NCBI GenBank assembly: GCA_964016885.1
Contig: OZ024743.1
Coordinates: 182,528,001 to 182,592,000 of the forward strand
Direction of reading: 5' to 3'
DNA length: 64,000 nt
Source of the DNA: Eledone cirrhosa
Taxonomy: Eukaryota
In this document: positions 13,305 through 23,882 of the stretch, in pieces
How positions within the stretch are numbered: the stretch's first letter is position 1
Layout of the letters: every line of letters starts with the position of its first letter
Position numbers and translations under genes: made by a program
Notes under the pieces: model-generated
Told to the model about the DNA's origin: nothing
The model's database searches: none
What the model saw: only the letters and a program-made list of their open reading frames with translations

Positions 13305-13506
13305 CCCTTTAGCATTTACATTACTCTATATTTACTATTGTATTTTTATGGTAAAAACTTTTCCTCACATATCAAATCCATGAGATTTTGATATTTATTT
13401 TGAGAACAATACCATAACATCAGTATGAGCAGCTGGTTACAGCCAGTTTGAAGAGAAAGAGGTAAGACAATTCTGGCCAGATATGGCTGGTTTAAAGGCT
13501 AAAGGG
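13305..13506. mobile_element. piggyBac-derived MITE, nested in another TTAA/CCCTTT MITE (13280-13735)
   Basis: TTAA-CCCTTTAGC...GCTAAAGGG-TTAA; internal sequence matches the right end of the 47321-48372 element. Confidence 0.8.
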
Positions 13507-14378
13507 TTAAATAGTCTTTCTATATGGAGCTGATCATTTTAAATAGTTTTTATATTTATCTAAAAACTATCAATCATAAATTTATAAGAACCTTTGTTAA
13601 GTTATGTTCCAAACACCAACGATCCATCATAATGAGATAGTTATATTACTAAATCACTCCAAATTCTAGATTACTTTCAAAATGATCTGAAAGTAATAGG
13701 CAGTGTCTTTCATGAGAAATATGGTAACAAAAGGCTTAAGAAAGACATCTTATTGTGTGAGTGAGAAGAAATAGATAAGAGCCACAACAAACTATGCTGA
13801 AGCCATGTAAAAGTTCATTTTTAGATGATAGTTTGCCGGGAGGTTAATAATAATAATAATGTTAATATTAAACAGAAAAATAGTAGCAATGATTATTATG
13901 TTTATCACTATACAAGCAATTTATGTTTCCAATTGTTCTAAAGAGATTTAGCTAAATCATTGCAGATGTTTCACTTTAACCCACCCGAAACTTCCATCAT
14001 ATAAATAAGCTTTAATTATAATTTTATGTAAGAACTTTTAAGTTATGTTCCAAACAACTTAAAAATAAGAAATTTAGTTATATTACTAAATTTTTGACTA
14101 CTTTCAAAATTATTTGAAAACCATAGGTAGTATCTTTCATAAGAAATATGTTAACGAAAGGGTTAATGCCATGAATTCTACCACATACAGACAAATCTAT
14201 CATTTATATCAGATTTTTTTTTTTACATGTACTCTGAAAGACTAATACAAATTATCACCATTATTAACATCATTACCATTATTATTATTATCATTATTAT
14301 TATTATCATTATGAGTGGTTTATCTGAAAAGATCTTACAGAACTGTTAAAAAAAACATAAGTACATTGTATTTTTTTG

Positions 14379-14409
<31 letters not shown>

Positions 14410-14588
14410 GTGAAACAACATATTAAATATGAATGGATAAAATTAATGAAAATGATGTGATTTTTTTTTTTTTTTACTTGTGATATTTGTGAAAGCTAAA
14501 TAATAAAATAAGTCAATGCTATGTCCTTTCAAACAAATTCAATGTTTTGAGAAGGGTTACAGTGTCTGAAGGACCAGTGAAGGTTCGC

Positions 14589-14594
14589 TTTATT
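14589..14594 (-). promoter_or_regulatory. Candidate proximal polyadenylation signal AATAAA
   Basis: tttatt on the + strand, ~100 nt downstream of the stop codon; weak evidence in an AT-rich background. Confidence 0.3.
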
Positions 14595-14692
14595 TGTTTC
14601 TCCTTTTTTTTTCATTTTTCTTTTTCTTTCTTTTTTTTAAAGAGGGAATTTGCTTTAAATTTGTTTGTTTTTAACAGACCTTTGTTACCGTT

Positions 14693-14846
14693 TCAAGTTT
14701 TCCACTGGTCTGATTTCACTGAATGGTTCGTCTGATGAAGTGAAGTGATGTACTCGTAAACTAGTAAAACGATGCATATGTTGGGAGTGACATGAACCAT
14801 GTAGACTGGAAATCCTTTGTACAATCCTCGTAATCTTCCTTCATTT
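14693..14846 (-). CDS. SLC25A32: SLC25A32-like last coding exon: (R)NEGRLRGLYKGFPVYMVHVTPNICIVLLVYEYITSLHQTNHSVKSDQWKT*
   Basis: Long pyrimidine tract cttttctttttctgtccag; completes the AG|A Arg codon; aligns with human [29 protein letters not shown]; TGA at 14695-14693; preceded by a ~23-kb intron (14847-37800). Confidence 0.92.
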
Positions 14847-15093
14847 CTGGACAGAAAAAGAAAAGAGTCCAGTAGGAATAGAATTCACCAAATGAGAAGA
14901 GCAAGAAAATGCTGTACATGAGGTGAGAAAGCTTAGGTGAAATTGTTAACTGATTTAAACAATAGAAGTCAATAAAATACAGTTCAATAATTGCCAATAA
15001 CCACATAAACACATGAATAACATGTGGTAGAGTTATGTGTATTCTACATGAAATCGTAACCGAGTTTTACTGTGGAATAAGAACAAAAATTAA

Positions 15094-15452
15094 TTACTCT
15101 TGGCTCCCAAATAATAGTGGTGGAATAAGAGGGGGTAATTAGTAATTTTTCTAAGTTGACTTCCCCGATTTTTTTTAAAAACCAAAATTAGACGTTTAGT
15201 TTACATATTGAGACCCAAATCCATCCGATTAATTTTATAACATATGGGATTACTAAAAATGTTCTTTTTTTGTTATGTAAAATGTTTTTTTAATGTATAA
15301 AGAAAATTGTCGCAGGAATGCTATAACTTAAAATAAGATTTCGGCGGAGATTGATTAGCAAAATTTAACAGGGGAGTTGGGATGGGTATGAAAAATTAAT
15401 GGGGGAGGGGGGGGGGGGGGGGGGGCAGATGATTATTTGAGACCTGAGAGTA
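15094..15452. mobile_element. TA-flanked Tc1/mariner-superfamily MITE (copies 26944-27238 inverted, 28940-29269)
   Basis: TACTCTyGG..CAAATAA / TTATTTG..CC.AGAGTA termini; three mutually similar copies. Confidence 0.65.
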
Positions 15453-18338
15453 ATCCCCCATACAAGACACAAATAACCATAATAATAGTCACTCACAATA
15501 TATAATAGTTGAGAGTTTCTGAGAGCTCTGGGAGGTTCAACTCATTCAATCACTCGTCCATTTTTTTTTTCCATTTCAAGTAACTATAATTTATTGTGAT
15601 TGACTATTATTAAGGTCATTTATGTTGGGAGACACACATTTGAAATTTCAGATTTTCCGAATGCTTCAAGTCAACATCTTTGTCTACATATAATTTCATG
15701 TGAATCATCATCTTATTCATTGTTTTATGTCCGTTCTTCCACGCTATCATGGGTTAGACGGTTTGTCCTGTTGTAGGCAATGCCAGGTAAGATGACCATG
15801 TCTTGCTCATACAGAACTGATTTGGGCTTGATTTCTACAATTGGATGCCCTTCCTAACACCAACCTCATTTACAGTGAGTACTGGGTGCTTTTTACCGTG
15901 ACACCTACACGACCACTTTACAGTGGGGCGGGCACATACTGTCTATATGCTTCAGCTTGTACCTGTGGGAAGTTAGGTATGACTTCTAAAATAATAATTA
16001 ACTATTATTATTAATAACAGCAGTAGATTGGCAGTACCAGTAGAGGGTCAGACACCATGCTTTGCAGCATAGAGTTACGGCCTTTTATCGTCTGAGTTCA
16101 AATCCCGCCGAGGTTAACTTTGCCTTTCGTCCTTACAGGGTTGATAAAATAAAGTACCAGTAATACATTGAGGTTCATTGCTGGCCTTGTGCCAAAAGTA
16201 GAAACAATTATGTATGGTCCCGCAACAGAGTGTTATAGGGGTGCCATATGCCATATGGACATATGGCGTATCTAAGGCTTTTTTTAAACCTGGTGGAGCC
16301 CATCTCCTCTCCATGTCTGAATACAGCAGATTTCTTCCAGAGAAGGGTGGAAGTGGGAGAGAGATAGAGGAAGAATTGACAAAAAAAAACAGTATCCTAA
16401 AAGTGTCATTGATGCATTTTTGACTCTACAAAGTGCATCGAGGATGAATCAGCTTGGCTGTGCAGATATTTCTCTAGTCTCACAGGAAAGTGTAAAGTCA
16501 ACATACAAATTAATAAAAAAAAGAAACAAACATATGTGCTAATTTTAGAGTGCTGACACTGCTTGCATTTGTGAAATATGCCATCTTGTAGTAAATATTG
16601 ATTTACTGGCAGCTCGGTCTTGGGAAGGGCATCCATGTGTAGAAACCAAACCAAAATACAGATCCATATGAGCACGATGTGGTCTCGGGACCTGACTTCT
16701 CTCAAAATGTGAACTCGTCTAACCCATGCAAACATGGAAAATGGACGCATGATGATGATGATGATGATGATGCCAGGTTGGTCCAGGCCATTGAAAGAGA
16801 TTGGGCAATATAGTTCTTGACAGGGCAGTCACACCATTAATCACAATAGATCTACTTGATCAGGGTTGATCTAGGGCGCAACATGTGGGTTGATCTGGGG
16901 CTCAGCAACATGAGAGTTGACTTGGGGTACAACAACATGAGAGTTGACTTGGGGTACAACAACATGAGAGTTGATCTAGGACTCAATAACAACAGAAACA
17001 TGAGTTAATCTAGGGCTAAACAACAATACAATAATCTATTGAACCATGAATAACTTTAAAAAAAAAAGAGAAAGAAACTCGCAACCAAACAGCCAGCCAA
17101 GGATAGCAACAAATTTATTATATTATTATTATTATGTCTAGAGCAGCGGATTGGCAGTAATCGGTAGAGCATCTGACAACATGCTTCACAACATAGTTAC
17201 ATCCCTTTACATTATGTGTTCAAATCCTTCCATGGTTAGCTTTGCCTTTCATCCTTACGGGGTCGATAAAATAAAGCACCAGTAATACACTGGGGATCGA
17301 TTTAATCGACTTTCTCATCTCCAAAATTGTTAGCCTTGTGTCTAAATCAGAAACCATTATTTCCCCCTTATTGCAATGAAAGAAATTATTACAATTTTAC
17401 TACTGTAACAGTAAACAGGGAGAAGAAATTAAGTTTTCTAATTACTCCCAGATCCCAAATAATGGGAAGCAGCATTTGCTTAAATTCGTATAAACACGTG
17501 GGGGAGGGGGGCTGTAGAGCATGTGTTCGTAAATATGGGATTTCTTGATTTCTTGTAATGTTTTTTTTATCATATATAATTTTTTTTAATGTAAAACAAG
17601 GAGAAGAAATTAGATTCTCCAGCTACTGTATCAATATAAATCACAATAAAATTTTGCCAGAAATAGATTAACAAAAATGGGGGGGGGGGGGGGGGGCTAC
17701 GCTCCTGTACACAATCTATGTCTCATGATATGGCTATCATCTGACAAGATGACAGAATCATCGTTGGTGGTGTATGCATGTGTGCATCATTGGATTGTAT
17801 AAAGGTATGTGCATATGTATGCATGTGTACACACAAATATAAATAGATAAGCTGGGCTTCACTGAACCAGAAAGAACACGACTAGTTAGGAAGTTACAAG
17901 TACAATTCATTAACGGGATTGTAAAAATATGTAAAACATTCCAAAGATTTTGCATATACACATGTATAGATACAAAACATACAGACCCACAAATACAATA
18001 ACATCCATGCCTGCACACATACACGCAGACATTTACCTAGTTGGTGTCTAAATACCAATGAAAGAATCTTGTGTGTATTTTAGAAACTGACTTTCTCTAT
18101 TAGTAAAAATTAATAAAATAATTGTTTTACTTTAGGAACAAGGCCAGCAATAACCCAATGCATTACTGGTACTTTATTTTATCGACCCCATAAGGATGAA
18201 AGGCAAAGTCAACCTTATAATGAAACATTGAATTGTAGCTGGGAAATGAATTAGTCCCTGTTAACCAAATGGGAGAGATTAATATTGTCTTTTTCTATGG
18301 TTATAAAAATATACAAACTGTAGAGTAAATATAAAGTA

Positions 18339-18372
<34 letters not shown>

Positions 18373-18804
18373 GTACCTGACGCCATGCCCTGATGACTGT
18401 GCGACCCGTGAGGCAAACATAAGTAAACCAGGGGCACACCTGACCGAGCACACAACATTGGAAGATACATCGCATGGGTCGGGACCGGCTAACACGGGGC
18501 CCACTGCCGCCCGCTCCAATACCCCAAACATATAGAACAGCACACCCCATGGCGACCGGGCGTCCCCTTGAATGTGTAGCTCGTCAATCGTGACTATATA
18601 CTCTCCACCTGTTCCACTTTGGAACAATGATTATTACTGTCATTATTGTTCTATTATTGTTCTGTTACTGTTACCTGTTCTACACACGGACACAGGTTTG
18701 CACCTCAGACTACCTGTATATAGTATATCACATGGATACACGCACCTTCTCTCGTGTGTGTGTGTGTGTGCGTGCGCGCGCGTGTGCATGTATGTGTGTG
18801 TGTG

Positions 18805-18844
<40 letters not shown>

Positions 18845-18845
<1 letters not shown>

Positions 18846-19185
18846 CATCATCATCATTTCATTTTACGTTCGCTTTTTCCCTGCTTGCAAGGGTGGGACG
18901 GGAACCGATTCTGGCTTGATTTCTACAGCTGGATGCCCTTCCTAACACCAACCTCATTTACAGTGAGTGCTGAGTGCTTTTTTACCGTGGCACCTCCACG
19001 ACCACTTTGCAGTGGAATGATAGGGACCCCAGTCCCCATCATCTCATTTCTACAGCTGAGTAAACTGGAACAATGTGAAATAAAGTGTCTTGCTCAAGGA
19101 AACAACACATCACCCGGTCTGAGAATTGAACTCACAATCTTTCGATTGCAAGGCCAATGCTCTAACCACTAAGCCATGTGCCTCC
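18845..19185 (-). mobile_element. SINE family A: tRNA head + CORE-like domain + RTE tail
   Basis: A box TGGCTTAGTGG, B box GAGTTCAATTC; CCTTGAGCAAGACACTTTA...CAGTTTACTCAGCTGTAGAAATG resembles the CORE domain; tail nearly identical to the RTE-A 3' end. Confidence 0.88.
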
Positions 19186-19267
19186 ATATATAAATATATA
19201 TATGTATATATGTGTGCGTATGTACGTATAGCTACGTATGAGTAGGTGTGTGTATGTGAGTGTGTGC

Positions 19268-19302
<35 letters not shown>

Positions 19303-19719
19303 TATGTGTGTGTGGGTGCGGGTGTATGCATATGTGGGCCTGTGTATGTGTATTTGTGTATACATGTATATGTTTATGTGCATTTCACAGGAATGTGTAC
19401 GGATGATTATATATGGAGTATATATGCATTTTATTACTATTCTTTTTGTATTATTTTATCATATATCCTTTGTATATATCCGTATATGTATGAATGTGTG
19501 TACATGTGTGTGTGTATATATATATATAGAGAGAAATATATATATATATTATATTGTATACTATATTGATATTTTATACTTTATATTTTATGTTATGTTA
19601 TTTTATTTTACCGTTATTTTATGGTATATTGTGTTTTTTATTATATAATGTATTTTTAATTTACGGTTTTGTTTATATATGCACATGTGTGTGTAAACAA
19701 ATATGCATATGTGCATATG

Positions 19720-22581
19720 TGAAATGGATCAATAAGACAATAGAGGTAGTTCGAGTTAGTAATCGAATAATTAAGCTTAGATTAGTTGTAGGTAGGAGAC
19801 TACTGACAATCATCTCGGTCTATGCTCCCCAAGCAGGCCTAGGCAAAGATGAGAAAGACTGCTTTTATGAGCAACTTTTGCAAACAACCACAATGACAGA
19901 GGACGGAGACATCGTTATGCTAGCAGGAGACTTCAATGGTCATGTTGGACAGCTCCAGGATGGTTACACTGGGGTACATGGTGGGCACGGTTACGGTTCA
20001 AGAAATGAAGAAGGAGTGAGACTTCTTGAATTTTGTGATGCAAGTACATTGACTATTTGCAACACAAACTTCCAGAAACCTGCCAATCACCTAATAACCT
20101 ACAAATCTGGTGAGCACATAAGCCAGATTGACTTCCTGCTAGTTAGGCAGCGGGACAGGCAGATAGTGTCTAATACCAAGGCATACCCTGGGGAAGAATG
20201 TACCCCACAGCATAGGTTAGTTGTTAGTGATATCTCAGTAAGCAAGAGATGGAATGAGACATATAGGAAGGTGTGGAGAAGAAAGGTCTGGAAGCTAAAA
20301 GACCTTTCACTAAAATTCAAATTTAGGAAAGTCCTTCAAGATGTATATGACGAAAAAGAAGACGATTTAGAGACGTATGACATAGATAATAACTGGAAGT
20401 TCTTACGTGACAACTTGCTGAAGGCTACTGATGAAACCTGTGGCTGGAGCAGAGCTCCAACCAGACAGAGAGTGACCTGGTGGTGGAACAGCAGTGTAGA
20501 TAAGGCTATTAGAGACAAAAGACTAGCATGGAAGGCTTGGAATAAGGGTGGGAGTAGGGAAGAATATACAGCCACTAAGAGAGAAGCTAGACGTCAGGTG
20601 TACTTAGCACGCAGGGAGGCAGAGAGTAGGAGGTTTGCCAATGTTCTGCGACGGGAAGATCAGAGACGTGCGGTGTTCCACATTGCAAGGCAGTGTGTCA
20701 ATGCAAATCAGGATGTTGTTGGTGATAAATGTGTCCGGGATGATGCCGGTGTACTTAGTGTCACGAATGACCAGAAAAAGGAGGCCTGGAAATGTCATTA
20801 TGAGAGACTGATGAATGTGGAGAACGAATGGGAGAGAGAGAAATTACCCTTGGTAGATCCGACAGAGGGACCAGCTATTGAGATTGACGAATATAGGGTC
20901 CAAGAGGCGATTAGGGAAATGAAAAATGGTAAGGGGGCCGGACGATCGGGAATAGTTGCTGAGATGCTGAAGGCATCAGGGGACGTAGGCACTAAACTGG
21001 TTGCACGCATAATCAATCAGGCTATATATGGTGGTGTCATACCCAAAGACTGGTGCAGCAGTATTCTCATAAATTGCTACAAAGGTAAAGGGGATGCTTT
21101 GGAGAGGAGCAATTATAGGGGTATAAAACTGATAGATCAGGTTATGAAAGTGGCAGAAAGGATTTTAGCACAACTAATTAGAGAAAGGGTCAAACTAGAT
21201 GAGATGCAGTTTGGTTTTGTGCCTGGGAAGAGTACAACAGATGCCCTCTTCTTGGTGAGACAAATGCAAGAGAGGTTCTTAGAGAAGAATAAGCCACTAT
21301 ACTTAGCCTTTGTTGACCTAGAGAAGGCCTTTGATAGGGTACCCCGATCTGTCATCTGGTGGTCCCTAAGGAAGCTGGGTGTTGAGGAATGGCTTGTAAG
21401 GACAGTGCAAACTTTGTACAGAGGTACTCTCAGTAAAGTCAGGGTAGGAATGGAGTTTAGTGAGGAATTCCAGATACAAGTAGGAGTACATCAGGGTTCG
21501 GTCCTCAGCCCGCTCTTGTTCATTATAGTCCTCCAAGCCATAACAGAGGAGTTTAAGACTGGCTGTCCATGGGAACTTCTCTATGCTGACGATCTGGCTC
21601 TTATGGCAGAATCAGTAGAGGAGCTAGAGAATAAATTCCGGCTATGGAAACAGCAGTTGGAAGCAAGAGGACTGAGAGTAAATCTAGCTAAGACAAAAGT
21701 GTTGATGAGTAGAAAAGAGGACAAAACCCTGATTCCGTCAGGGAAATGGCCATGTTCAATATGCAGAAAAGGAACTGGCATAAATTCTATAAAATGCACA
21801 CAATGTAGGTCCTGGGTACACAAGAGATGTAGCGGGATAGCAGGCAAACTAACAGGTAGGGAGAAATATGTATGCAGTAGATGTACAGGGAAATTAGACA
21901 GTAGAAGTCGCACTGATAGACACATTTTTCAAATGCGAGAGGGCGCTATAGAAGTGGTGGATAGCTTCCGGTACCTAGGAGATCAGATTAGCATGGGAGG
22001 AGGGTGTTCCGAGGCCATAGTATCTAGAATAAGGACGGGTTGGAAGAAGTTTAGGGAGCTGCTTCCTCTGTTGACGAAGAAGGGTTTCTCCCTGCGTACG
22101 AAAGGCCGGTTGTATGATGCCTGTGTGAGGAGCGCGATGCTGCATGGTAGTGAGACATGGGCAGCTACCGCAGAAGATATGCGACGGCTGGAGAGAAATG
22201 AGGCAAGCATGCTCCGTTGGATGTGCAGTGTAAATGTGCGTGAACGACCCAGCATAAATGTGTTGAGAGAGAAACTGTGTCTGAGAGGGATAGAATGTAG
22301 TGTACGGGAGAGGAGACTGAGGTGGTATGGACATGTGATGCGCATGGAGGATGACCGATGGGTGAAGAAGTGCCAGGAAATGCCAGTTGAAGGAAGACGT
22401 GGTAGAGGTAGACCACGAAAAACATGGGCGGAGGTGGTGAGAACAGACCTCAGATCATTGAAGCTCACGGTGGAGATGACGAGGGACCGTGACGAGTGGA
22501 GAGATGCTGTGCTGAATAAGACCCGTCCCACCCTTGCAAGCAGGGAAAAGCGGACGTAAAATGATGATGATGATGATGATG
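19720..22581 (+). mobile_element. RTE-clade LINE ('RTE-A'), 5'-truncated inside the APE endonuclease, uninterrupted ORF to TAA 22557-22559, (ATG)n tail
   Basis: APE motifs VYAPQ, GDFNGH, IDF, HRLV; RT motifs QFGF, FVDLEKAFDRV, GVHQGSVLSPLLF, YADD; RTE C-terminus RRLRWYGHVMR...RGRGRPRKTW; the first ~55 aa of the ORF-track call are flanking microsatellite. Confidence 0.96.
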
Positions 22582-23339
22582 CAGGTGTCTACATGTGGCA
22601 GTCCGTGTGCGTATGTATATGTAGATGTATATATGTCTGCATGTATATATGTATGTATGTGTGGGTGTGCGTATGCATGTAGGGTTTTTTGTATATATAT
22701 ATGTGTGTGTATGTATGTGTGTATGTAATTTTGTGTACGTATGTGTATTTTGTATGTATGTGTGTGCATGTGTGTATATGTGTGTATAGGTGTGTATGTA
22801 TGTATGAGTGTGTATATATATATATAAATGTATATAAGGTTGTGCGTATGTATGTGTGCGCGCGTATATGTGTGTATATGTGTATGTTTGCGTAGACCAT
22901 GCTTGTCCGACCGGATATATGGCGCGACTTAAGCAGCCGTTATAAGGCTTGTGGCGATATGTATCTAGAAGTGGGTGTGACTGGGTCCGTGGAAGTGAGA
23001 GAGAGCGTGTGTGTGTGTGTGTGTGTATATATACATATATGTATGTGTGTGGGGGTGGGGGTGTCTACGCATGTATGTGTATGTGTGTGTCTGCATGTGT
23101 GTCTATATTCATGTGTGTGGGTGCTTACTCTGGAGTGTGAACAGACGTAGCAGTAAATACTGACCAGAACTTATGATGACGTGGAGTAAAAACAGCCAAT
23201 GGCATGACAAGAGTGGAAAGGTTTTTTTTGTTTTAGGGTGTTTTTTGATGATAACACCCCAGTGATAAAATTTGCTCCGAACGAACTACCCGAGTCAAAG
23301 AACCTGCTGCCGTAGAATCAGCCAGATCCATACAGTGAT

Positions 23340-23379
23340 CATGTCTCGAGCTACCTGCCGGCGAAACAATTGTAACACG
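23340..23379 (+). ncRNA. Degenerate type-I hammerhead-like motif in a Penelope/retrozyme-like terminus
   Basis: CATGT-CT[..]CGA-GCTACCTGCCGGC-GAAAC-AATT-GTA-ACACG; the core lacks 2 nt of CUGANGA. Confidence 0.45.
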
Positions 23380-23424
23380 CAATAAATTAAGTCCAGATGC
23401 ATCACTGATTTTTCGTTTTCTTTA

Positions 23425-23482
<58 letters not shown>

Positions 23483-23513
23483 GGGCTATTTTCTCTTTGG
23501 TTGATTGCTCATT

Positions 23514-23554
<41 letters not shown>

Positions 23555-23882
23555 GGAAGCATATGGCTTAGTGGTTAGAGCATTGGTCTTGCAATCGAAA
23601 GGTTGTGAGTTCAATTCTCAGACCGGGTGATGTGTTGGTTCCTTGAACAAGACACTTTATTTCACATTGCTCCAGTTTACTCAGCTGTAGAAATGAGATG
23701 ATAGGGACTGGGGTCCATATCATTCCACTGCAAAGTGGTCGTGGAGGTGCCACGGCAAAAAAGCACCCAGCACTCACTGTAAATGAGGTCGGTGTTAGGA
23801 AGGGCATCCAGCTGTAGAAATCAAGCCAGCATCAGTTCCCATCCCACCCTTGCAAGCAGGGAAAAGCGGACGTAAAATGAAA
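23555..23882 (+). mobile_element. SINE family A copy
   Basis: Near-identical to 18845-19185, opposite orientation. Confidence 0.88.

Noticed and set aside
14761-15012. 83-aa ORF-track call overlapping the last exon
   Set aside because: Different frame from the carrier-homologous one and runs through the acceptor into the intron
15403-15425. Poly-G runs as functional G-quadruplexes (also ~11291, 17678, 26656, 50495)
   Set aside because: Simple homopolymer expansions, partly inside MITEs; no supporting context
17790-17812. Plus-strand GLYKGM resembling a carrier motif
   Set aside because: Wrong strand, embedded in TG/TA low-complexity sequence, no flanking homology
18385-18436. CTGATGA...CAAAC-ATAA-GTA as a hammerhead
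   Set aside because: GAAA absent, stem II poor, and stem I strands not adjacent to the core
18572-19648. Cys/Val/Tyr/Ile-rich ORFs (also 22455-23150, 39134-39654)
   Set aside because: Translations of TG/TA microsatellites and SINE sequence
19554-19719. N-terminal extension of the 1001-aa ORF
   Set aside because: Translation of AT/TG microsatellite flank; RTE homology starts only at ~KWINK
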